Assembly (NCBI GenBank): GCA_047619315.1
Contig: JBLHKB010000058.1
Span: 1 to 19,416 of the forward strand
Direction: 5' to 3'
DNA from: Polyangiales bacterium
GTDB lineage: Bacteria > Myxococcota_A > Polyangia > Polyangiales > Houyiibacteriaceae
Length of the DNA stretch: 19,416 bases
This document shows, piece after piece, positions 8,524-16,341 of this stretch (positions within the stretch are counted from its first letter, which is position 1; each line of letters starts with the position of its first letter). Under the pieces are notes generated by a model. It had not been told where the DNA came from, did not search any database, and saw nothing but the letters and a program-made list of their open reading frames with translations. The translations under genes and the position numbers were made by a program.

Positions 8524-8552
8524 CGTCACTTGGGCGTCACCGGAGTGACAAA
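8524..8552. promoter_or_regulatory. Direct repeats CGTCACT-N4-CGTCACC (11-bp periodicity) followed by inverted GTGAC. Candidate response-regulator (Pho-box-like) site in the ychF/phoB-like divergent region.
   Basis: Seen directly: cgtcact tggg cgtcacc ggag tgacaaa. Two 7-mers spaced like PhoB boxes (CTGTCAT-N4-CTGTCAT) about 90-115 bp upstream of the response-regulator ATG at 8641. Confidence 0.3.
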
Positions 8553-8640
8553 CTAGGGCTCCACGGTCCACACTATGCTCTCCTCGGCATCCCGCTCCGC
8601 CACTCGCCAGAAACCGCCTTTCGCTGAACAAGTCGCATTT

Positions 8641-9327
8641 ATGGGCAAACGTATCCTCGTAGTCGAAGACGAAGCAGACCTTGCTGAGCTCGTTGCCTTC
8701 AATCTCCAGCAGGCAGGCCATCGCGTGACCACCGCTGGTGACGGCGCCACGGCCCTCGCTGAGATCAGGCGATCGGCGCCTGACTTGGTCGTCCTCGATG
8801 TGATGCTCCCGGACATCACGGGCATCGAGGTCTGCCGGCAGCTTCGCCGATCCGAAGCCACGGCCTCGATTCCCGTCGTCATGCTCACCGCCAAAGGCGA
8901 AGAGGTCGATCGTGTTGTGGGCTTCGAGGTCGGCGCCGATGACTACGTCGTCAAACCTTTTAGTCCGCGGGAGCTGGTCCTTCGCATCGAGGCGATCCTT
9001 CGCCGCCTCGGCGGTTCCGAGAGCGCCTCCTCCGCCACCATCGAGGTCGGCTCCCTCTTCATCGACGTCGGCGCTCACACCGTCGACGTGGCCAACGAAG
9101 AGGTCCCGCTCACGGCGCTGGAGTTTCGTCTCCTCCTCGACTTGGCGAAACGACGCGGCCGCGTGCAGTCACGCGACTCACTTCTCGAGCGTGTCTGGGG
9201 TTACGCCCCTGGCATCGAGACACGAACCGTCGACACGCACGTGAAGCGTCTCCGCGAAAAGCTCGGCGAAGCCGCCGCCTACATCGAGACGGTTCGAGGC
9301 GTCGGCTATCGCATGATCAAAGACTAG
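8641..9327 (+). CDS. OmpR/PhoB-family response regulator (REC plus winged-helix DNA-binding domain)
   Basis: MGKRILVVEDE...LVVLDVMLPD...LTAKG...KPF receiver signature. C-terminal trans_reg_C (LTALEFRLLLDLAKRRGRVQSRDSLLERVWG...RTVDTHVKRLREKL...VRGVGYRM). The ORF track starts at 8575, but the ATG at 8641 begins the REC domain. Confidence 0.9.
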   Translation: MGKRILVVEDEADLAELVAFNLQQAGHRVTTAGDGATALAEIRRSAPDLVVLDVMLPDITGIEVCRQLRRSEATASIPVVMLTAKGEEVDRVVGFEVGADDYVVKPFSPRELVLRIEAILRRLGGSESASSATIEVGSLFIDVGAHTVDVANEEVPLTALEFRLLLDLAKRRGRVQSRDSLLERVWGYAPGIETRTVDTHVKRLREKLGEAAAYIETVRGVGYRMIKD

Positions 9328-10373
9328 TCTTCACGGGCGTGGACGCTCTCGAAAGAAGCGCCCAAGGACAGCGCCTGGCACATGCCCTCGACGGGCTCAG
9401 TCTCCGCAAAGCCCTCCAGAAGGTTCCGCGCCTGCTCAACGCTGATTCCAGGGTTCATCGCCATTGCTACTGCAAGCTCTCCAAGGTCCAAAGAGCCAGC
9501 GATCATCCCTCTAAGAAGCGTGGAGTCTTCGATATTCGCGCTCACGCGCGCATCGGAGAGCGGTAGAAACGAGAGGTCGGATAGCAGCCCGATGCTGAAT
9601 GGTATCTCCGAGAAGACAGCACGGAAGCGCCCCTCAACGATGGCACCCGTCGCGACGGAAACAGGAGAGATCGCAGTCATGGTTTGACCACCGTCGACAA
9701 GTCCGTCGTCATCAAAGGTTGGTGTCCCCACGATCATTCCGTACCAAAGGCTCACATCCACGCTCTCGTCGTCGGCACCGTCCACACCCTCGAGCTTGAT
9801 CACCATAAGCAACTCGCCCTCGACGAGGGCGTTCGCATAGAGCTGGGAGAGGCTCATGGTGGTCATCCCGTCAATGACCGGGAGGAAAGTGGAGACGGCG
9901 TTGTCGACGCCTCGTGTCCCGTCGAGGGCGCTCGTTTGGTCGGGCGTTCCACAGCCCGTGGGGTCACCGAAGCGGGTCTGTTCACCGTCCAGGTTCTCGC
10001 CGTAGACTCGGCTTTCGGAGTCTCGCGTTGGAATGTCGAACATGCGCGAAACGAACACGCAGGTTCCGTCATCGCAGTTGTCATCCATGATGACGGGTAT
10101 GTCGGGCCCGCCTGAGTCCGCGGCACCCCCGTCCGCGGCCGCTCCATCGGGCAGCGATTCACCAGCGTCCGCCATCTCCGCGTCGAGCTCCATGCCGGCG
10201 TCGCTGTCCATACAGACGCATCCTTCAAACGAACCCTCCGAATCACAGAGCTGCGCTCCTTCTCCACCTGGACACTCACAAACGACGCTCAACCCGGGGA
10301 CGCAGGCTGCGTCATCATCCCCACACGCGGTGAGGATCAAAGCGAAGATAAGAAGTGTATGCAGTCGGCTCAT
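9324..10373 (-). CDS. Secreted Cys- and Asp-rich lipoprotein, hypothetical
   Basis: Signal peptide with lipobox (MSRLHTLLIFALILTAC|G), then a Cys-rich acidic stretch (CVPGLSVVCECPGGEGAQLCDSEGSFEGCVC) and a roughly 250-aa domain of unknown function. Alternative start at 10388 (MPESVMSR...). 3' end overlaps the convergent response regulator by 4 nt. Confidence 0.65.
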   Translation of the reverse strand: MSRLHTLLIFALILTACGDDDAACVPGLSVVCECPGGEGAQLCDSEGSFEGCVCMDSDAGMELDAEMADAGESLPDGAAADGGAADSGGPDIPVIMDDNCDDGTCVFVSRMFDIPTRDSESRVYGENLDGEQTRFGDPTGCGTPDQTSALDGTRGVDNAVSTFLPVIDGMTTMSLSQLYANALVEGELLMVIKLEGVDGADDESVDVSLWYGMIVGTPTFDDDGLVDGGQTMTAISPVSVATGAIVEGRFRAVFSEIPFSIGLLSDLSFLPLSDARVSANIEDSTLLRGMIAGSLDLGELAVAMAMNPGISVEQARNLLEGFAETEPVEGMCQALSLGASFESVHARED

Positions 10374-10411
10374 GACCGACTCTGGCATCGAATAATGAGC
10401 TGCGCCCGAAC

Positions 10412-10432
10412 AAAGTGAACGTGATTCACTTT
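10412..10432. promoter_or_regulatory. Perfect 8-5-8 palindrome AAAGTGAA-cgtga-TTCACTTT. Candidate operator about 25-40 bp upstream of the lipoprotein start.
   Basis: Seen directly in the 365-bp divergent intergenic region (10389-10737). Core GTGAA-N5-TTCAC is reminiscent of CRP/FNR-type half-sites (TGTGA-N6-TCACA). Confidence 0.4.
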
Positions 10433-10737
10433 TAGAACCGTACTATTCGGCGCAGATTCGCATGTCGTAGATCAGCTCGCTGGCGTCGGCGCTGAGGTGT
10501 CTTCTTAGCTTTTTCGTCTCGGCTACGACGGGCCATCCACTCACTCGAAGCGACGCATCCGATCTCCCTTAGGTGGGAAGACCGGGGCAAGGACCGAACC
10601 TGACTTCAGAATCCGCCCGAAACCACATCGCCGCTTCGCGACGCGCCCATTCAGCTTTCCATCGAAACCCCGTTAGGACTAAGCGGGAAGAGCATCATCC
10701 CAAAAACCCGACGAGAGACGGGTCGACGTGTGAGAAC

Positions 10738-11229
10738 GTGCTGACAATCGACAAGATCGACGGAGATCACGCGGTCGGGCACACGGAATCTGTATTGATC
10801 AATCTGTGGCGCCGTGACGTGACGTGCGACGCGATCAGCAACCTCCTGCCGATCACACATATCCTTGGAGCCAAGGGCAAGGCCGGAATGCTGATCGTCG
10901 TGGAGGAAAGCGCGAGCGTACCCACCACGGCGGTGCGTGCGGAGATCGCGAAACTCTTGAAAGGAGCGGCTGGCTCGCTGGTGTGCACAGCGCTTGTTTT
11001 TAGAGGAGAAGGCTTTCGGGCGGCGGTGGTTCGTGCCGTCACAACGACGATCTACCAGTTGGCGAATCAGCCCTTTCCGCTCCGCACGTTCAACCATGTG
11101 GACAAGGCAGCACTTTGGATGGCCAGGTTCGAAGCCAGAGTCACTGCGAGCGATCTTGTGAGCGACTTCGGCACCCTTCGGCGGACCCTTGATGAGCATG
11201 ATGAGGCACGCCGAATGATGAGCGCTTAG
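10738..11229 (+). CDS. Hypothetical protein (about 163 aa) upstream of the PhoR-like kinase
   Basis: The plus-strand frame has balanced composition (GMLIVVEESASVPTTAVRAEIAKLLKGAAGSLVCTALVFRGEGF...). The antisense ORF is Arg/Ser/Pro-rich. The ORF track begins at 10573, but the first 55 codons are low-complexity. GTG 10738 (VLTIDKIDG...) is chosen as the start; the start is uncertain. No recognised domain. Confidence 0.5.
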   Translation: MLTIDKIDGDHAVGHTESVLINLWRRDVTCDAISNLLPITHILGAKGKAGMLIVVEESASVPTTAVRAEIAKLLKGAAGSLVCTALVFRGEGFRAAVVRAVTTTIYQLANQPFPLRTFNHVDKAALWMARFEARVTASDLVSDFGTLRRTLDEHDEARRMMSA

Positions 11230-11330
11230 GAGCATCCCGCGACCACGGGTGGGCAACAGACTAGGGAAAACAAGCGAGATGTGGCCTCGTAAAGTCACTT
11301 CGCGTTCCCAGTATCAAGCCCCACTGATCG

Positions 11331-13067
11331 TTGCTGTGCTACACACCCAGCATGAACGCGGGCGGCCTGCGGCGAAGCTTGGTGAGTGCCATCGTCACGG
11401 CGATCGGCGCCCTCGTCCTCGTGTTGCTGCTCCTCGAAGATCCCCTCGTCGAGTATCGGCTTCGACAGCTCTCCCAAGAGCTGCTTTCAGACGCGGCGAC
11501 TCAGGTCCTCGAGGCCGAAGGCGGTGAGGGGAGCTACCAGGAAGCCGCGTCACGCGTCGGCTCCGAGGTTGGCTGCAGTCTGACGGTGATTCGAGACGAG
11601 CGCGTTATCGCCCATAGCGCGTTCCCTTCTCCAGTGAGCGACGGCGCGATCTTTGACGGAGCCCTCGCGGATTTCCAGGCCAGCGGCACCGCCCACGCCG
11701 AGCTCCTTGCCCAACACGTCTACTTTGCGCGCGATGGAGACGTCATCGTTCAGGCGTCCTTGCCGACGACTTTTAGCAGCAGCGTTCGCGCCTCGGTCCG
11801 TGAGCTCGTGATCATCGGCGGCATCATGGCCGCCCTCGTCGCGGTGTTTCTCACCTACGTTTTGGGCCGGACCCTCGTCGAACCCGCTCGGGAACTCAAA
11901 CGCGTCGCTGACGCCCTCGCCTCCGGCGACCTCAGCGCACGTATGGAGAGCAACCGTGACGACGAACTCGGCCAAATTGGACACGCTCTCGGCCGAATGG
12001 CGGACATCCTCGATGACCGCATCAACAACCTACGCGGTGAGCAAGACCGCCTTCGAACGGTCCTCGACGCGATGGTCGAAGCGGTCTTTGTCACAGATCC
12101 TCTAGGACGAATCACCGAGACGAACGCCGCGTTTGAGACCCTCGCGGGCAGCGAAGCCGTCGGCAAGACATCCAGCGAGGTCTTCGGCCACACCCATCTA
12201 CACGAAGCCGTGCGGGCAGCACGCCACCAAGACTCGAGCCAGGTCGAGTTCGAGTTCGAAGACCGCGGCAACCGCTACTACCTCACCGCAGAGGTCGCGC
12301 GACTCCCCGACGAAGCCGGTGTTGTCGTCGTGCTTCATGACGTCTCAGGCCTCCGCCACGCGGACCGCGTCCGCCGAGACTTCGTCGCCAACGCCAGCCA
12401 TGAGCTCCGCACCCCGCTCACGGCGATCCGCGGCTTCGCCGAAACGCTTCGTGACGGCGCCATCGACGACCCGGCAGCCGCGACGCGCTTCCTCGACGTA
12501 ATTCTACGACACACCCGCCGCTTGGACGCCCTCGTTGGCGATCTCTCCGCGCTCTCCAAAGCGGAGTCGCCGGAACATAATCTCGCCATGGAGCGCGTCG
12601 ACGTCGAGAAGGCCGTGTCCGAGGTCATGCGCGGGCTCACATCCAAGGCCGAAGAGCGAAAGATTCAACTCCTGTACATCCCCAGCGGACAGCCCGTGTG
12701 CGCGTGGGCGAGCCATCGCGGACTCGATCAGGTGCTCGTGAACCTCGTCGACAACGCGATCAAGTACGCGCCGGAAGAGTCCGCCGTGAATGTCACCGTC
12801 GTCATGGATGAGAACGTCAAGGTGAGTGTCCACAACCCAGGCCCAGGCATCGCCGCCGTGCACCATGGGCGCCTCTTTGAACGTTTCTATCGAGTCGACG
12901 AAGGTCGGTCTCGGGACGTCGGCGGCACAGGCCTTGGCCTCGCCATCGTCAAACACCTTTGCACGCAAATGGGCGCCAGCGTCGGCGTCAAGAGCGCCCC
13001 GGGCCAGGGCGCCACGTTCACAGTCTCGCTTCAGATCCCCGAGGTAGATTCCGGGGAAGAGGAGTAG
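11331..13067 (+). CDS. Membrane sensor histidine kinase, PhoR-like (TM, periplasmic loop, TM, HAMP, PAS, HisKA, HATPase_c)
   Basis: Two hydrophobic helices (LVSAIVTAIGALVLVLLLL; LVIIGGIMAALVAVFLTYVLG). HAMP (ELKRVADALASGDLSARMES...DELGQIGHAL). PAS (LRTVLDAMVEAVFVTD). H-box FVANASHELRTPLTAIRGFAETL. N/D/G boxes (LVDNAIKYAP, HNPGPGI, GGTGLGLAIVKHL). Alternative start at ATG 11352. Confidence 0.9.
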   Translation: MLCYTPSMNAGGLRRSLVSAIVTAIGALVLVLLLLEDPLVEYRLRQLSQELLSDAATQVLEAEGGEGSYQEAASRVGSEVGCSLTVIRDERVIAHSAFPSPVSDGAIFDGALADFQASGTAHAELLAQHVYFARDGDVIVQASLPTTFSSSVRASVRELVIIGGIMAALVAVFLTYVLGRTLVEPARELKRVADALASGDLSARMESNRDDELGQIGHALGRMADILDDRINNLRGEQDRLRTVLDAMVEAVFVTDPLGRITETNAAFETLAGSEAVGKTSSEVFGHTHLHEAVRAARHQDSSQVEFEFEDRGNRYYLTAEVARLPDEAGVVVVLHDVSGLRHADRVRRDFVANASHELRTPLTAIRGFAETLRDGAIDDPAAATRFLDVILRHTRRLDALVGDLSALSKAESPEHNLAMERVDVEKAVSEVMRGLTSKAEERKIQLLYIPSGQPVCAWASHRGLDQVLVNLVDNAIKYAPEESAVNVTVVMDENVKVSVHNPGPGIAAVHHGRLFERFYRVDEGRSRDVGGTGLGLAIVKHLCTQMGASVGVKSAPGQGATFTVSLQIPEVDSGEEE

Positions 13068-13139
13068 CGTGGGACCACGGGACAAAACGAGTCGCTGTGA
13101 GAAGGAAAGAGCTGTGACCACGAAGCCACCGAGCGCCCC

Positions 13140-14003
13140 ATGCTGAGCCGGCCTCATCGAGGAGTCGGGATCGAGATCTCAGACGTGGACCTACGAACCG
13201 TGGATGACGACACCTTTGCGACGATCCGTGCGCTCTTCATCGAGCACGGGCTGGTCTTCTTTCGCGGACAAGAGCTGAGCGAGGACGACCACATCGCCCT
13301 CGCGACGCGCTTCGGCACGATCAATGTGAACCGGTTCTTCCCAAAGAACCAAACTCGGCCAGAGATCGCGCTCGTCGCGAAGGAGCCTGGTCAGCGGTCG
13401 AACACCGGAGGGGTCTGGCACACGGATCACTCTTACGACGTAGACCCAGCGCTCGGTTCGATCCTCGTCGCTCGTGAGCTTCCCCCCTCCGGCGGCGACA
13501 CCTGGTTCGTCAGCATGTATGACGCCTTCGAAGGGTTGCCCGAGGGAATGAAGAGCAAGCTCCGCGGGATGAACGCCGTGCACTCGTCCAAGCACGTCTT
13601 CGGCGGCAAAGGTGCGCTCCTTCGACGGATCATTCGAAGCGATGAGACGGTCTACAACCCGGAGCTGGCAGACGAGATGGACGACGTCGTTCATCCCGTC
13701 GTGATCAAACATCCCCTCTCGGGACGTGAGGCCTTGTACGTCAACCCAGGGTTCACCATTCGCTTCGAGGACCGGAGTCTTCTGAGGTCGCTACCACTCT
13801 TGGCGTACCTCTACTGGCACGCGACGCGGTCTCATCGCGTCGCGAAGTTCAAGTGGGAACCAGGTTCCGTCGCCTTCTGGGACAACCGCGCGACTTGGCA
13901 CTTCGCAAAGAACGACTATGCCGGCCATCGCCGCCTCATGCATCGGATCACCCTGGAAGGCTGCGCGATAGAGCCCTCACGTTCTGTGGCGGAAACGCGC
14001 TAG
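13140..14003 (+). CDS. TauD/TfdA-family Fe(II)/2-oxoglutarate-dependent dioxygenase (taurine/alkylsulfonate dioxygenase-like)
   Basis: 2-His-1-carboxylate motif in GGVWHTDHSYD (HxD); distal His in RATWHFAKND...HRRLMHRIT. N-terminus typical of TauD (IEISDVDLRTVDDDTFATIRALFIEHGLVFFRGQ). Confidence 0.85.
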   Translation: MLSRPHRGVGIEISDVDLRTVDDDTFATIRALFIEHGLVFFRGQELSEDDHIALATRFGTINVNRFFPKNQTRPEIALVAKEPGQRSNTGGVWHTDHSYDVDPALGSILVARELPPSGGDTWFVSMYDAFEGLPEGMKSKLRGMNAVHSSKHVFGGKGALLRRIIRSDETVYNPELADEMDDVVHPVVIKHPLSGREALYVNPGFTIRFEDRSLLRSLPLLAYLYWHATRSHRVAKFKWEPGSVAFWDNRATWHFAKNDYAGHRRLMHRITLEGCAIEPSRSVAETR

Positions 14004-14022
14004 GCGCACGAACGGCTAGCGC
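13997..14022. terminator. Hairpin GCGCTAG-N12-CTAGCGC between convergent stops. Possible bidirectional terminator or REP-like palindrome.
   Basis: 7-bp perfect stem seen directly. Overlaps the TauD stop (14001-14003) and lies 8 nt before the convergent stop (14030-14032). No U-tract on either side. Confidence 0.3.
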
Positions 14023-14029
14023 CGCGCTT

Positions 14030-15703
14030 CTAGTCCGCGTCGCACGCCTCCCAAGCTTGTCGCTCATGGAGCTCGGCGACAGCGACCTCGCCTCGCTCGA
14101 GCTCCCCGCTCTTCGCGTCGACGATGCGAAACGGGAGCGTTTTGGATCCAAGTCCTTGTGCGCCTACGAAGATGCAACGTAGTTCGCCTTCTTCAAACTC
14201 GCACTGAGCCTGCACTTTCTCGAGGAGCGCTTCACGGTGGAGGTGGCCATCCCCAAAGTTCCACCCGAGGACCAGCCCACCGATGATCTCGCCGTCGAGG
14301 TACTCGTAGTCTTCGAAGCAATCGACGGCGCGCGGTATCAAATGGCGGAGGATGCGGCCGTGCAAGTGCATGAGGCGAAAGCCGAGGACCTTGCCGACGA
14401 GAGCGCGAGATGTCTGCTCGTCGTAGAAATACCCAAGCTGGTCGTAGACCCAAGGCGCTGTGGTCGTGAGCCGCTCGAGCTTGCGATGGCTCTCGCCGCG
14501 AAAGAGCCAAACGCTGTAGGGCCAGTTCCCCGCGTAGTAGCGCATGGCCAAGAGGAAGGAGATCCGTGAAGGCCAGATGTTGCCAGCCAAGGGCAGCGCG
14601 ATGCTTGCGGCGAACAAGAGCGCGCCGGCGGTGGTGGACGAGAACGCCTCGATGGGCGCGAGGCCAGGTCGCGCCCAGAAAAGCGCGAAGGCCGAATAGA
14701 CGACCATCGCGTTCCATTCGAGGGGGACACCCATCGGGACATTGCTCAGAATATAGCCGTGAAGGACGAGCATCGCGACCATGGCGACGATGAGCGTGGT
14801 GTGGGCAGCTTCGCCATGCTGCACCGAACTGAGAACGAAGAGCGTAGGGACACCAAGTTCCATCGCGGTACCGGCGTGCGCCATCAGCCGAGCCAAAGGT
14901 GAAGGTCGGAGGTCGCGGGGATAGTCGCGGTAGACGAGTCGTCGCATCCACGCAAAACGCGTGATGGGGCTGTTGCTCGTCATCACGCACGCCACATAAG
15001 GGAAGTGCGAGTTGAGCTTGGAGAAACCTGCCCAAAACCAGAGCGCGAGCGTCACGACCTGGGCCCCGGCGAAGGCGTTTCCAGGTAGGACGAAGCACGC
15101 GAGGATGACGACGTAGTGCTCTGGGCGGAGCGCGAGGAACGCGGTCCGGTCGAGGACGCCGAGCACGCAGGCGAGACCCACGATGAGCGCGGCGAGCGTC
15201 GTGTCGAGACCCGGGAGCCAGAGCGCGTAGAGCGCGGTCCCGTGGAGCGCAGCGTAGACGCCCACATCAAGCCAGGAGCGGCGGGCGCCACCGATGACGG
15301 GCACCTTCGCAAAGAGCGGGAGCTTGGTGGTGCCGGGACGAAGCCAGTAGAGGACGCCGCCGATGGGCGGCAGATAGCGACCCGTGAGCGGCCCACTCCC
15401 GCAGCCAAAACCGGTGCCTTCAAACACCAAGCTCCAGAGGACAGCCTTCTGGAACGCCAAGGGCTCAAGCCACCAGGAGCCGATCTCACCAATGCTGCCA
15501 AGGGAGGGCGAAAGCGAGCAGAACCCAGCCCAGCCCGCCACGTAGAGGGCCATTTTCAGAGCGTAGAAGGCATATGCAGCGACTGGCGTGCCGTAGCCGT
15601 CCATCGCCCACGCATCGCAGACCATCGCGCCGCGCTGGGCGAAAGGCAGCTTGCACCACTCAACGCCGTCGTAGGGCGTCGGTTTGGGATCGAGGAGGCC
15701 CAT
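14030..15703 (-). CDS. Large polytopic membrane protein (557 aa), DUF3556-like
   Basis: At least 10 hydrophobic helices over the first roughly 400 residues, then a soluble C-terminal domain (about 150 aa) rich in acidic residues. From memory, size and topology fit the DUF3556 transmembrane family; I cannot verify this here. A downstream internal start (MVCDAWAM, residue 27) is possible. Confidence 0.7.
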   Translation of the reverse strand: MGLLDPKPTPYDGVEWCKLPFAQRGAMVCDAWAMDGYGTPVAAYAFYALKMALYVAGWAGFCSLSPSLGSIGEIGSWWLEPLAFQKAVLWSLVFEGTGFGCGSGPLTGRYLPPIGGVLYWLRPGTTKLPLFAKVPVIGGARRSWLDVGVYAALHGTALYALWLPGLDTTLAALIVGLACVLGVLDRTAFLALRPEHYVVILACFVLPGNAFAGAQVVTLALWFWAGFSKLNSHFPYVACVMTSNSPITRFAWMRRLVYRDYPRDLRPSPLARLMAHAGTAMELGVPTLFVLSSVQHGEAAHTTLIVAMVAMLVLHGYILSNVPMGVPLEWNAMVVYSAFALFWARPGLAPIEAFSSTTAGALLFAASIALPLAGNIWPSRISFLLAMRYYAGNWPYSVWLFRGESHRKLERLTTTAPWVYDQLGYFYDEQTSRALVGKVLGFRLMHLHGRILRHLIPRAVDCFEDYEYLDGEIIGGLVLGWNFGDGHLHREALLEKVQAQCEFEEGELRCIFVGAQGLGSKTLPFRIVDAKSGELERGEVAVAELHERQAWEACDAD

Positions 15704-15740
15704 TGCGTTATCGCTCGTGTCGCTCCAGAAACATCAGTGC

Positions 15741-16253
15741 ATGAGCCACCTTCGCTATCGTAGTGCCGCAGGCGCTTGCCTCGCATTCTTTTTCGCCGCG
15801 AGTGCCCTGGCTCAAACATCCGCGGTTTCGCTGCGAGGCGCCATCGATCGCGAGCACCACGGCACAGAGTGGATCAGCACCGCGGACCTCGCGGCGCGCC
15901 TCACACAGGCGGAACACCCGATTCTCCTCGACGTACGTGCACCCGCCGAGTTCGCCCAAAGCCACCTCCATGGCGCCATTCGCGTCGAGCCGGGCACCAC
16001 TGACTTGAGTCAGCTCCAGCTGAACGGACGCGACGTCGTCGTCTATTGCTCCGTGGGCTACCGGAGCGCAGCGCTCATGCCCGCCGTTCGAGCCGCCGGC
16101 GCTCGATCCGTGAAGAACCTCATCGGCGGCATCTTCCAGTGGGCCAACGAAGACCGAGTCTTGTGCGACGACGACGGAAGAGCGACCCAGGTGCATCCCT
16201 ACGATGCGGAGTGGGGGCGCTTTCTGAGCGATGCGCGGAGAGCGCCACTCTAG
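15741..16253 (+). CDS. Periplasmic single-domain rhodanese-like sulfurtransferase
   Basis: Signal peptide (MSHLRYRSAAGACLAFFFAASALA|Q). Rhodanese motifs LLDVRAPAEFAQSHLHGAIRV and active-site loop VVVYCSVGYRSAA (catalytic Cys). The ORF opens at 15684, which would overlap the divergent gene. 15741 is preferred. Confidence 0.8.
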   Translation: MSHLRYRSAAGACLAFFFAASALAQTSAVSLRGAIDREHHGTEWISTADLAARLTQAEHPILLDVRAPAEFAQSHLHGAIRVEPGTTDLSQLQLNGRDVVVYCSVGYRSAALMPAVRAAGARSVKNLIGGIFQWANEDRVLCDDDGRATQVHPYDAEWGRFLSDARRAPL

Positions 16254-16290
16254 TCGTTTTCCACAGCGAACGGATCGTCACGCCAGCCTT

Positions 16291-16327
16291 ACAAATAGAA
16301 ACAGGGCGGCGCCCGAAGACGCCGCCC
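16291..16327 (-). terminator. Rho-independent terminator for the SPFH gene (10-bp GC stem CAGGGCGGCG / CGCCGCCCTG, 8-nt loop, then UUUCUAUUU on the minus strand)
   Basis: Perfect inverted repeat at 16300-16309 and 16318-16327, read directly. T-rich run immediately 3' in minus-strand sense (revcomp of aaatagaaa, 16291-16299). Lies 15 nt after the SPFH stop and 47 nt after the convergent rhodanese stop. Confidence 0.6.
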
Positions 16328-16341
16328 TGCTCAGTGTCGCC

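Noticed and set aside
10651-11298. 215-aa minus-strand ORF antisense to the hypothetical gene at 10738-11229
   Set aside because: Arg/His/Ser-rich composition typical of antisense frames in high-GC DNA. The plus-strand frame has protein-like composition.
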